A stretch of DNA of 52,888 nucleotides, taken from the NCBI GenBank assembly GCA_965205655.1, contig CBDBIJ010000081.1:1-52888 (forward strand), read 5' to 3'. This document shows, in pieces, positions 37,506 through 50,261 of the stretch (positions are counted from its first letter, which is position 1; the number at the start of each line of letters is the position of its first letter). Both the position numbers and the translations under genes were made by a program. Below the pieces are notes generated by a model. The model was given only the letters and a program-made list of their open reading frames with translations. It searched no databases and had not been told where the DNA came from. Origin of the DNA: Candidatus Latescibacterota bacterium. GTDB taxonomy: Bacteria; Latescibacterota; UBA2968; UBA8231.

Positions 37506-38755
37506 ATGTCGAGCGAGGCGAAGAAGAATCTGCTGGCCGTCCTCGGTCCGGGGATTCTGGTGGCGGCCACCGGGGTCGGCGCTGGCGATTTGGCGACGGC
37601 GGCGCTGGCGGGCACGAAGCTCGGCGTCGCCATTCTGTGGGCCGTCGTCATCGGAGCCTTCGTCAAATTCGTTCTGAATGAAGGGCTGACCCGCTGGCAG
37701 CTCGTCACCGGGGAGACGCTGGTCGAGGGGGCGATGAGCCGCCTCGGTCGCCCCGCCCAGTACATCTTCCTCGTCTACCTCGCGGCCTGGAGCTTCATGG
37801 TGGCGGCGGCGCTCATGAGTGCCTGCGGGGTTGCGGCGAACGCCATGCTGCCCATCTCCGACGATCCCTCAACGGGCAAGATCATCTACGGCGTGGTTCT
37901 CAGCATCGCCGGCGTCATCATGGTGCGGGTGGGCGGATTCCGTCTGTTCGAAAAGGTGATGGGTATCTGCATCGGGCTGATGTTCGTCACCGTCGTCGTT
38001 ACGGCGGCGCTTCTGAAGCCGCAACTGAGCTCAGTCATGGGAGGTCTGCTGTGGCCCGCGATTCCGGATGTCGAGGGCGGCCTGGCGTGGACGATCGCCC
38101 TGATGGGGGGTGTGGGCGGCACGGTGACGGTTCTGTGCTACGGCTATTGGATCCGCGAGGAGGGCCGTTTTGGCGTCGAGGATCTGCGTTCGTGTCGCAT
38201 CGACCTGGCGGTGGCATACGGAATGACCGCGCTTTTCGGCCTCGCCATGGTCATCATCGGCGGCACCATTCAGGTGGAAGGCAAGGGCGCCGGGCTGGTG
38301 ATCAAGCTGGCCGACAGTCCTGGGTCAGCAGCTGGGGGTGTTCGGTCGCTGGGCTTTTCTCATCGGCGCCTTCGGGGCCATCTTTTCGAGCCTGCTGGGC
38401 GTGTGGCAGAGCGTGCCGTACCTGTTCTCCGACCTGTGGGCGATCATATGCAATGACCCGCGGCCAAAAGGGCGCGGGGTCGGGATCAATACTGATTCAC
38501 CTACCTACATGTGGTTCTTGTACGGCATGGCGACGCTGCCGATGGTGGGGCTGTGGGTGGGCTTCGCGAAGATGCAGAAGCTCTACGCCATCGTGGGAGC
38601 CGTCTTCATGCCGATGCTGGCGATCGTGCTCCTGCTGCTGGAACGGCCGTAGCGCCTGGATCGGCGAGCGTTACCGCAATCACCCGGCGACATCTCTTTT
38701 TCTGATCGCGGTGCTGGCGTTCTTCGTGATGGCTGGGTGGATGAAGCTCCGCTGA
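37506..38755 (+). CDS. NRAMP-like (YcsG-type) transporter; +1 frameshifts at ~38320 and ~38640
   Basis: GPGILVAATGVGAGD, EGLTRWQLVTGET, GGVGGTVTVLCYGYW, FSSLLGVWQSVPYLF. Confidence 0.85.
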
Positions 38756-38766
38756 GGCGGATGACG

Positions 38767-38784
38767 TGAGGTCGCGCGACCTCA
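38767..38784. terminator. Perfect 18-bp palindrome between convergent genes (possible bidirectional terminator)
   Basis: TGAGGTCGCGCGACCTCA. No U-tract. Confidence 0.35.
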
Positions 38785-38793
38785 ACGTGCGAG

Positions 38794-39541
38794 TCAGTCG
38801 AGGAGTTTCGAGCGGATGCGGTCCACCTGGTCGTCGCTGACACCGAGCCTTCTCCACGTACGATCGGATGCTGCCGTACTTCTTCTTCAAGTCCTCGAGC
38901 GTCAGCTGCATGGCTCTTGGGGGAGAAGCGGCCTCCTGGAATTCCTCCTGCGTGGCGTGACTCCCGTTCTTCTCCTGATACGCCTCACGTTCGCGGGGCC
39001 ACAGATAGGTGGCGCTGAGGGCGTAGTCAGCGACGATGGTCTGCTGCGGAACACCGGCGAGTCCGAGGAGGAGCGCCGACACGATGCCGGTCCTGTCCTT
39101 GCCGGCGGCGCAGTTGTAGAGGGCCATTCCGTCCGACTCGGCCAGTGCGCCGAGGATCTGTGAGATCGCATCCTGACTGTCGAGGAACCACTGGCAATAG
39201 GTCCACGCCGTGCTCTCTGCGTGTCCGTCCCCTTCGGGCGGCTGCGGACGGAACGCGTCCTCGCCGAGCATATCGATGTGGATGTAGGCCGGAGCGGTCG
39301 AACCTTCGAACACGCTGGGTCTGGATTCCAGCTCGCTGGGCCATCTCAGATCGACGACCGTGTTCAGGCCGAGATCGACCAGGGCCTGGCGCGATGCGGG
39401 GGTGAGCTCGTCGAGCCCGGCCGCGCGCAGGAATGTCCGCCACTTCGTCGTACGGCCATCTTCGGTTTCGTAGCCGCCCAGGTCTCTGACGCTGTGGGCG
39501 CCTTCCAGCTCGAGACCACGCTGCGGATCTTTATCAGGCAT
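38794..39541 (-). CDS. Tyrosine phosphatase family (Y_phosphatase3/IphP-like); +1 frameshift near 38850
   Basis: SVRDLGGY, VVDLR, P-loop NCAAGKDRTG, ADYALS. The corrected C-terminus reads LGVSDDQVDRIRSKLLD*. Confidence 0.9.
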
Positions 39542-39582
39542 ATTCTCTCAGTCCAAAGTTAGCAGTAAGGCACATCGAAGTC

Positions 39583-40705
39583 TCAGGCTCTACCGGCGGC
39601 GGCCTTTTCCCGCCTCACCCGCGCCGGGCACATTGTCGGCGTGCGCCTCAGCAGACTGGATGCGGAGACTGCGATCCCAGGGACAGGCAAGTGGACGCGC
39701 ACGCCCCCGCGCCGATGCGACTCGCGCATGGCGATGGCGATTTTCAGGGCGGCGCGGCCGTCCCTGCCCGAGCAGCTGGGATCCCGGCCCGCCTCGATCG
39801 AGCCGACGAGATCTTCGACGATGGTGAGTCCCATGCCGCAAGGGTAGGCCGGCTGCGGAAAAGGGATGCGAGCCGGCTGACTGGTGCCCTTCGGGCCGCC
39901 GGGGACTGGTATGTAGAGCTCGCACTCGGCGCCGCTCTGGAGCAAGCGGATGCGGCCCGCGGAACCGATGATGTCCATATCCCAGTTGAGGGCATCTCCG
40001 GTCGACATGCCGCGGAAGTAGCCCCGGACCCCGTCTTCGAAGGCCAGATAGCCGTTGCCCACGAGGTCCCGGTCGCCGGCGGCTTCTTCGTCCGATTCCA
40101 TGTCGCCGAAAACCCACCGCACCTCTCCGCCGGCAATATAGCGCATGATGTCGAGGCCGTGGCTGCCGTTGTGCGAGAGGAAGCAGGCGGCGTAGTGGGT
40201 GATCTGCAGGAGCTCGCCGATTTTGCCCTCATCGATAAGGCGACGGGCGGTGATGTAGCTGGGGTGCCAACGCCGGGCGCAGTTGACGGCGAGGGTGACG
40301 GAGTTGTCGGCGCATACCTGCACCATGCGGTCCGCTTCGGCGAGGCTGAAGGCCATGGGTTTTTCGGCCCAGATGGCGCGGACGCCGGAGCGCGCTGCTG
40401 TCTCGACAATTTCGGGGCGGATATGGGTAGTCGTGCAGACGCTGACGATGTCGGGCTGCTCGCGCTCGAGCATGGTTCGGTAGTCACCGTACATGTGTTC
40501 CGCGTCGACACCCCAGCGCTCCGCGTAGATCTCCCGCTGTCCTTCATGGGGGGTCGACGCCGGCGATGAGCTGGGTATGTGGCGAGGCGACATAGCTCGG
40601 CGTATGACAGAAGGGAAGGTAGACGGTGCCGCCCGAGCTCGATTCGTCGTCGAAGGTGCTGCCCATACGACCGAGGCCGATGACGGCAGCGCGATAGGTT
40701 GTCAT
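39583..40705 (-). CDS. Gfo/Idh/MocA oxidoreductase (frameshifts at ~40550 and near the 3' end)
   Basis: MTTYRAAVIGLGRMG (start 40705), WAEKP, HNGSHGLD, AMRESHRRGG. Confidence 0.88.
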
Positions 40706-40869
40706 GAGTGCTTTTCGCTGTCACGTATGAGGGCGGGCAAAATCACGAATCCCGGAGCGGAGCGCAACTTGGCGCCCCGGGTGCGGCAGATCACGGTGCC
40801 CGTATGGTTGTTTTTGTATCTTCTCCTTCGACCGCAGCACCGAACCACATCGAGAGGTGAGAGGCAATC

Positions 40870-41688
40870 ATGAGAATTCATCCGAAGCGGTACTCCAGTA
40901 TGACCTTGGCTCTGGCTATGGCGCTGTCGACGGCGCTCTTGCTTCAACCGGTTGAGGGGCAGAAACGGAGGTCGCGGCCGGAGGGCCCGAGAAAGGGGAC
41001 GGAGGAACGCGAGCCTCAGGCAATGCTCGCCCCCGAATCGATGGATTTCCTCCATGAATTGGCGGAACGCACCGGACGGATGTCGGTGGTCGACGAGCTC
41101 AACGAGGAGACCGTGCAGTTTGTCGGAATCGTCAGGCTCGGCAGGTCCCACGAACCGCGAGAGGGGGGACTCGTGCTGGACGAGGGGCGGTCCCTGGCGG
41201 TGTTTCGCGTACCAGTCGAGACCGAGAGACGGCCTCGCCGACCCGCGAAACGACGTGGGGAAGGTCCTAATATTGTACCCATTCTTAGTGGTGAAGAGGC
41301 GGAGGATGGCGGCATCCATATGGTCAGGATTCACAATCCGGAAATCGGTGAGCCGTCAGTCTATGTGGTCAGGCCACTTTCTACCAGCAAGGAAGACATG
41401 TCCGAATTTGCCCAGAAGACGGAATCTGCAGATCAGGACTTCACCGAGCAGGATCTCGAGGATCTGCAGGCGATTCAGGATATGTACGACAACGATGCAA
41501 TGGATCAAATGTATATGGACCAGGCGGACAATACCGGTGGGGGAGGCAGCGAGACCGGTGATGGGGGAGGTGGTGGTGACGACGGAGACGACGGCGGAAG
41601 CACGGATGATGGCAATGGCGGGGACACGAGTGGAGGCGACAGTGGTGGGGGAGGTGATGGTGGTGACGGTGGTGGTGGTGGTGAATAG
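40870..41688 (+). CDS. Hypothetical exported protein with Gly/Asp-rich low-complexity tail
   Basis: Signal-peptide-like N-terminus (MRIHPKRYSSMTLALAMALSTALLLQPVEG). C-terminal ~60 aa are dominated by G, D, S and T. Confidence 0.65.
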   Translation: MRIHPKRYSSMTLALAMALSTALLLQPVEGQKRRSRPEGPRKGTEEREPQAMLAPESMDFLHELAERTGRMSVVDELNEETVQFVGIVRLGRSHEPREGGLVLDEGRSLAVFRVPVETERRPRRPAKRRGEGPNIVPILSGEEAEDGGIHMVRIHNPEIGEPSVYVVRPLSTSKEDMSEFAQKTESADQDFTEQDLEDLQAIQDMYDNDAMDQMYMDQADNTGGGGSETGDGGGGGDDGDDGGSTDDGNGGDTSGGDSGGGGDGGDGGGGGE

Positions 41689-41715
41689 GGTATAGGCGAG
41701 TTCAATCCGATTGGT

Positions 41716-41757
41716 AGAAGCCCCACGGGACATCTGTTCCGCGGGGCTTCTTCGTTT
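41716..41757 (+). terminator. Rho-independent terminator
   Basis: AGAAGCCCC...GGGGCTTCT stem followed by TCGTTT. Confidence 0.65.
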
Positions 41758-41838
41758 GGACTCGGTGAGAGAGCACATCCGCAGGAAGGATTGACTAAAT
41801 TATCTGCTCAGGCCAATCTGGACGGGAGGACTCCATGC

Positions 41839-42597
41839 ATGCAATTCGATAGAGCCAAATACGACGAATTCTGGGGCCGCGGCTGGACGGCGGTGGAGTC
41901 GGTATTCGAGGCTTCCGAGGCGGATGCGATCGCCGAGCTGGCAGTGGAGCTGTGCGATCGGGAGGCGGAGGAAAAATCCGTAGGCCAGAGAGATCAGTCA
42001 CACGAGGGAGCCACCGCACCGCGAAAACTCGGCGCGCCTTTTCTCAAGCACGAGGATATGCGGCGGTTCGTTCTAGACGGCCGGCTTCGGGGTCTCGTCG
42101 GGCAGATTATCGGCAAGCCGGCAACTCTGTTCGCCGACCAGATCCTGATGAAACCTCCTCACTTTGGGTCGGCGAAGCCCTACCACCAGGACAATGCCTA
42201 TTTTCAGTGCGACCCGGGAGACGAGGTGGTGACGGCCTGGATCGCTCTCGACGACGTGGACGAAAGCAACGGCTGCCTGCGCTACATCGAGGGATCGCAT
42301 CTCGGCCCGGTGCTGGAGCACATTCGAGTTCCGGGCGAGCCGCACAACAAGGTGCCACCGCCGGAACTCATCGACCTGGAGCGGGAGGTGTCGGCGTGTG
42401 TGGGCAAGGGTGGGGTCGTCTTCCACCACAGTCACGAACTGCACACCTCACACAGAAATGAGTCGAATCGATGGCGCCGGGGCTATGCGACACACTGGTG
42501 CAGCGCCGACGTCACCAGTGTGATTACGACGATCTCGGATGGCTATCCACACACGCACCCCGACCTCTACGCCCGGGCGCTGGGCGGACAAGTGTGA
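41839..42597 (+). CDS. Phytanoyl-CoA dioxygenase (PhyH) family Fe(II)/2OG enzyme
   Basis: [44 protein letters not shown]. Confidence 0.92.
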   Translation: MQFDRAKYDEFWGRGWTAVESVFEASEADAIAELAVELCDREAEEKSVGQRDQSHEGATAPRKLGAPFLKHEDMRRFVLDGRLRGLVGQIIGKPATLFADQILMKPPHFGSAKPYHQDNAYFQCDPGDEVVTAWIALDDVDESNGCLRYIEGSHLGPVLEHIRVPGEPHNKVPPPELIDLEREVSACVGKGGVVFHHSHELHTSHRNESNRWRRGYATHWCSADVTSVITTISDGYPHTHPDLYARALGGQV

Positions 42598-42616
42598 CCA
42601 TGACGGCGTCCTTTTC

Positions 42617-43060
42617 ATGAGCAGGCTGTCCGATACTGTCCCCGAATACTGTTCCTCCGAACATTTCCTGCTGCTCGATTCTGATCTCAAGGAGCACGCG
42701 GAGACGCTGCTTGTATACTGGTCCGAGGCGGTGGGCGACAGCGCCTCCGTCGACGGCATGGAGCGGGCGCTCAAGCACGTGGCTCGTCTCGACGTGCCGC
42801 TGGAGAGCCGCAAGGCGTTTCCAGAAATGCTCCGCGGCTTTCTCGACTACGTCGTCACGACGGGCAGTTTCAGGGAGGCAGAGCGGTGGTCGTCGTACCT
42901 GCCCCGGATCGAGGACAGGTATCTGGAGAGCTTCCGCGACGATGGTTCGGTGAAAGGGGAGACGTTCCGCAAGAAGCACGAAGGCGTGGGGCGGAACGAT
43001 CCCTGCCCGTGCGGCAGCGGCAAGAAGTTCAAGAAGTGCTGCAGGGGGCTTCTGGCGTAG
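42617..43060 (+). CDS. SEC-C motif (zinc-binding) protein
   Basis: C-terminal [19 protein letters not shown]. The true start may be 42594/42600 if the T run at 42612-42615 has an extra base. Confidence 0.85.
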   Translation: MSRLSDTVPEYCSSEHFLLLDSDLKEHAETLLVYWSEAVGDSASVDGMERALKHVARLDVPLESRKAFPEMLRGFLDYVVTTGSFREAERWSSYLPRIEDRYLESFRDDGSVKGETFRKKHEGVGRNDPCPCGSGKKFKKCCRGLLA

Positions 43061-43171
43061 TCCGATCGAGGGGTGCGTCCTTTTCGACCTGGTTCCGTCT
43101 GTATAGGGGAGTGGCAGTCGCGGCGGTCGCAAACAGGGCGATTGCCTAAGCCTACAGGAAGGAGCTGAGCC

Positions 43172-43645
43172 ATGTCACAGCAGTCCGCAGTTTCGTTTCC
43201 GGGAAAGAGGAGGGTTCACGTGGCCCTGGGGGTCAAGGATCTGGAGCGATCCATCGCATTCTACGAATCGATGTTTGGCGGGCCGCCGTCGAAGCTGCGG
43301 CCGGGCTACGCGAAGTTCGAGCCCGAGGAGCCGTCGCTCAATCTTGCTCTGAACAAACATGCCGGGGCCGTGCCGATGACGTTTCCGGCACACTTCGGGA
43401 TACAGGTGAAGTCGACGGACGAGGTGGCAGAGATGACAGGGCGATTCGAGGAAGCCGGCCTGTCGACGCGCACAGAAGAGAATGAGACGTGCTGCTACGC
43501 GGTGCAGGATAAGGTCTGGGTCACCGATCCGGACGGCAACGGCTGGGAGGTCTTCGCCGTGCTGGAGGAGAGTGCAGAGCACGACGCTCGCGACGCCGAC
43601 GGTGAGGAGGCCTGCTGCACCACGAGCGAGTGCTGCACGGCCTGA
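43172..43645 (+). CDS. arsI: ArsI/CadI family VOC metalloenzyme (organoarsenical C-As lyase / cadmium-induced protein)
   Basis: RVHVALGVKDLERSIAFY, KLRPGYAKF, HFGIQV, vicinal Cys TCCYAVQDKVWVTDPDGN.WE, CC..CC tail. Confidence 0.85.
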   Translation: MSQQSAVSFPGKRRVHVALGVKDLERSIAFYESMFGGPPSKLRPGYAKFEPEEPSLNLALNKHAGAVPMTFPAHFGIQVKSTDEVAEMTGRFEEAGLSTRTEENETCCYAVQDKVWVTDPDGNGWEVFAVLEESAEHDARDADGEEACCTTSECCTA

Positions 43646-43658
43646 ACAACGGGTTCAA

Positions 43659-44213
43659 GTGGCACCGACGACAGAGCAGATCTGGGAGGAGCTCGGTTCC
43701 TCGCTGCGTCAGTTCATCCTGCGGCGGGTCGGCGACCGGCATGTGGCCGATGACCTGCTGCAGGATGTGTTCGTCCGCATTCACCGTGGCATCGCCAGTC
43801 TGACTGACGAGGAAAAGCTGGCGCCGTGGGTCTACCGGGTGGCCCGCAATACCCTGGCAGACTACGGTCGCCGCCGCCGCGAAGCGACGGTTCCGCTGGC
43901 AGAAAGCATCGCCGACGACAGCGAGGACGACAGCCTCGAGCAGGACCTGGGCTCGTGCATCTCCGGGATGATCGATTCGCTTTCCGACCCCTATCGGGAG
44001 GCGCTGCGACTGGTGGAACTGGAGGGGCACACTCAGACAAGAGCGGCTGAGCTCATGGGAGTGTCGGTGTCGGGAGCTAAATCACGAGTGCAGAGAGGGC
44101 GCGATCAGCTCAGGGAGATGGTGCTGGAGTGCTGTCACGTCGAGTGCGATCGATTCGGCGCGCCCGTGAGCTTCGAGCCGCGCGGCGACTGCAGTAGATG
44201 CTCGTGCGCGTAG
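43659..44213 (+). CDS. sigZ: ECF sigma factor, SigZ-like, with Cys-rich C-terminus
   Basis: ADDLLQDVFVRIH, WVYRVARNTLADY, YREALRLVELEG, SVSGAKSRVQRGR, ECCHVECD...CSRCSCA. Confidence 0.85.
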   Translation: MAPTTEQIWEELGSSLRQFILRRVGDRHVADDLLQDVFVRIHRGIASLTDEEKLAPWVYRVARNTLADYGRRRREATVPLAESIADDSEDDSLEQDLGSCISGMIDSLSDPYREALRLVELEGHTQTRAAELMGVSVSGAKSRVQRGRDQLREMVLECCHVECDRFGAPVSFEPRGDCSRCSCA

Positions 44214-44226
44214 TCGAATTCACCTG

Positions 44227-47493
<3,267 letters not shown>

Positions 47494-47622
47494 GGAGCCG
47501 AATATATACAGAAGGGAGAGCACGTGGGAGGCCGCCACAAACTGGCGGTTGACTCACGGGGCCAAATCCACGTCGTTGACGATGGCGCGAGTGCGCTGGT
47601 CAGTCGAAAATTCTCACGACCA

Positions 47623-47656
47623 CACGGAAGGACCGGATTCACGGAAGGACCGGATT
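47623..47656 (+). repeat. Perfect 17-bp tandem duplication
   Basis: CACGGAAGGACCGGATT twice, immediately upstream of the cupin gene start. Confidence 0.9.
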
Positions 47657-47660
47657 GAGG

Positions 47661-47996
47661 ATGAAACAGAAAAGCATCGATACAGCCAACCCCGTCGAGA
47701 TGTTGGAGGGGATTACGCGCAGGACTTTGACTTACAACGACGACGCGATGCTGTGCCACATTTCGCTGAGGAAAGGCTCGACGATCCCCCTGCACAACCA
47801 CGAGCCGGTACAGATCGGCATGTGTATCTCCGGCAAGATTCGCTTTTTCGGCGAAACGCCTGAGGATGAATTCATCGCTGCCGACGGGGACGGGTATGTT
47901 ATGGAAGGGAACAAGCCCCACGGAGCCGAGGCGCTCGAGGATTCGGCCGTCGTGGAGGTGTTCTCACCGTCGCGGCCGGAGTATGCCGATTTCTAA
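47661..47996 (+). CDS. Cupin domain protein (KdgF-like)
   Basis: IPLHNHEPVQIG, GNKPHGAEALEDS..VEVFSPSRPEY. Confidence 0.85.
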   Translation: MKQKSIDTANPVEMLEGITRRTLTYNDDAMLCHISLRKGSTIPLHNHEPVQIGMCISGKIRFFGETPEDEFIAADGDGYVMEGNKPHGAEALEDSAVVEVFSPSRPEYADF

Positions 47997-48054
47997 GACG
48001 TCTTCGTCGGACAGATCCTCAAAGGGTGACCGGATGGAACACCGGATGCCCTCG

Positions 48055-48801
48055 CTACAGAGACTCACCAGTAAGCATGTGAACGGGGAGGCCTTTGCCG
48101 CGAAAGGTTTTTGGCGGGCAGTCGACTTTTTCTCCCGCTATCATTTTCTGCAGAATATCCGCCACCCCGGCAATCGCCGGCTCGATCAGCTTCTCGCCTT
48201 TTTCCCGCGTCGCCACTGCGGCGCCCTCGTTCTCGATAGCGTCGGCGTGCACGCGGTCGGGGGCGAGCACGAGCATGGTGGAGGTTTCGAACTCGCAGGC
48301 GTGGCCCGGCAAACTGCCCTTTTCCATCGTAGCCTGCACGAGTGCCGGGTCGTATACGTCCCAATAGGACTGAAAGCGAAGCTCGATGCCCAGCTTGGCC
48401 CGATACTCGTCAATGCGTCTCATCAGGGGTTTGACGTTGCCGCCGTGCCCGTTGAGGATGAGAATGTTCTCGATGCCGGCGCGCTTCAGTGAGTGACAGA
48501 CATCGAATACATACTCGCAGAAAATTTCAGCCCGCACCGTGAGCGTGCCGATGTGTTCCATCCAGTGTTCGGACACGCCGATCGGTATCGGGGTGGCGAC
48601 GACGACCTGCGGATGCAGTCGCCTGGCCGCCTGCTCCGCCATGTGCGAGCAATGAAAGATATCGTGGATCATTTCGAGGTGTTCGTTGTGCTGCTCGGTG
48701 GCGCCGGTGGGCACGATGGCGGCGCGAATGACGCCCTCCTGCATGCGCTCACGGAACTCCCTGCGGGTGAAGTCTCCAACAAACACGCGTTCATCAGACA
48801 T
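48055..48801 (-). CDS. Creatininase/mycofactocin peptidase family protein
   Basis: PTGATEQH, GVSEHW, NGHGGN, GHACEFETS. Confidence 0.9.
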   Translation of the reverse strand: MSDERVFVGDFTRREFRERMQEGVIRAAIVPTGATEQHNEHLEMIHDIFHCSHMAEQAARRLHPQVVVATPIPIGVSEHWMEHIGTLTVRAEIFCEYVFDVCHSLKRAGIENILILNGHGGNVKPLMRRIDEYRAKLGIELRFQSYWDVYDPALVQATMEKGSLPGHACEFETSTMLVLAPDRVHADAIENEGAAVATREKGEKLIEPAIAGVADILQKMIAGEKVDCPPKTFRGKGLPVHMLTGESL

Positions 48802-48903
48802 CGTCGACCTCTCAGCTTGTCATGTTATTGGCGTAGCCGCCACTCAATCGCGATTCAGCGTTCAATAGATAAACCGGGTAGTCGGTGATATGGTCAAGAG
48901 GTT

Positions 48904-49920
48904 GTGCAGCTGACAAATCAAGTGATGACTGAAAGTCCGCCGGCAGTTCCCAGAGCGACACTCGGCCGCAGCGGCATCGAGACAACGCGCATCGGACTCG
49001 GTACGGCTGTGTGGCCCTTCAAGATGCCGTACGAACAGGTCCTCGAAATGGTACAGACGGCACTCGACTGCGGGATCCGATATTTCGATACCGCAGCGCT
49101 TTACGGCACGGAGGACATCCTCGGTCGGGCACTTGGGGATCTGGATGTCCCGGAGGATACGGTGATTGCCACGAAGACCTGCTCCTATCGCGACGAGCTC
49201 GGCATCAATTACATGGAGTACTCAGGCGATACAGTATACGGCTCTGTAGAACGCAGTTTGAAGCGGCTGCAGCTGGATCGCCTCGACATCGTCCACATCC
49301 ACGACGTGCTGCCAGAGGACTCTGAAAGGGTCTTCTCCGGCGACGGCGCCCTGCGGGCACTGTTGGACCTGAGGGATCAGGGAGTCGTGGGATCGATCGG
49401 GATGGCGACCGACCACCTCGGCTGTCTATTGAAAGCGGTTGACAGCGGCGAGTTCGATCACCTCCAGATGTACCATTCCTATACGTTGCTGAACTGGGAG
49501 GCAAAGAAGGAGTTGATTCCGCGTGCTAGGGAAGCGAGTCTGTCGACGATGAACGCCGCACCGATGGCCGGCTACATCCTGGCATCCGGAGCGGTTTGGG
49601 GCGCTTTGTACAACTACCGGCCAGCGTCCGAAGAAGTGATGGAAGCGGTTCGTCGCCTCGAGCGATTCTGTGAGGAGAAAGCGGTCGCGCTGCCAGACGC
49701 AGCCCTGGCGTTGTCGTTGAACAGCCCCGATGTCGACGTGACGGTGATCGGGGCGGATACTCCAGACCTGGTGCGGCAGAGCGTGGCGGCATTTGGGGTC
49801 CGCCTGGCGATCGAAGAGATGAAGGAGCTGGTCGCCGAGGTCGGGGGGCCCTTCGAGATTGAGGCGGCGCGGCCGGGTAATCCGGCGTTCGCAGGACGGT
49901 GGAAGAAACCCGAATCGTAG
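48904..49920 (+). CDS. Aldo/keto reductase
   Basis: GIRYFDTAALYG, IATK, SLKRLQLDRLDIVHIHD. Confidence 0.92.
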   Translation: MQLTNQVMTESPPAVPRATLGRSGIETTRIGLGTAVWPFKMPYEQVLEMVQTALDCGIRYFDTAALYGTEDILGRALGDLDVPEDTVIATKTCSYRDELGINYMEYSGDTVYGSVERSLKRLQLDRLDIVHIHDVLPEDSERVFSGDGALRALLDLRDQGVVGSIGMATDHLGCLLKAVDSGEFDHLQMYHSYTLLNWEAKKELIPRAREASLSTMNAAPMAGYILASGAVWGALYNYRPASEEVMEAVRRLERFCEEKAVALPDAALALSLNSPDVDVTVIGADTPDLVRQSVAAFGVRLAIEEMKELVAEVGGPFEIEAARPGNPAFAGRWKKPES

Positions 49921-49956
49921 GCTGGAAATTTCTAGCGGCCCGTCAATCCCGAGTCA

Positions 49957-50214
49957 TCACACCATAGCCGCGGCATCGCTACTGAGCAGGTTGCCTCGTT
50001 CCGCAAAGCTGGCGATCACGCTGGTAACCTCGACTCCGGCAGACCGGCAGCGGCCGGAAACATCTGCCAGTTCGCCATCGCTCATGTCGACCCTCAGGTC
50101 CTTGCGCTTGTCAAACGTGAGCTTGACGGCATCGTAGCCCGCCGCGTCGCACAGAGTCAATGTCTGATCGAGTGACATGTCGCCGAGTACGATCTGTGTG
50201 ATCCCCAGCTTCAC
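49957..50214 (-). pseudogene. Truncated N-terminal fragment of a sugar phosphate isomerase/epimerase
   Basis: MKLGITQIVLGDMSLDQTLTLCDAAGYDAVKL...GVEVTSV...LLSSD, then stops after about 85 aa. Confidence 0.65.
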
Positions 50215-50261
50215 GATTTTCCCAACTGTGATCCGGCGATGACCACGCGCGGGAGCGGGAC

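Noticed and set aside
41535..41685. GGT/GGC microsatellite-like tract
   Set aside because: It encodes the Gly/Asp tail of the ORF in frame and is imperfect.
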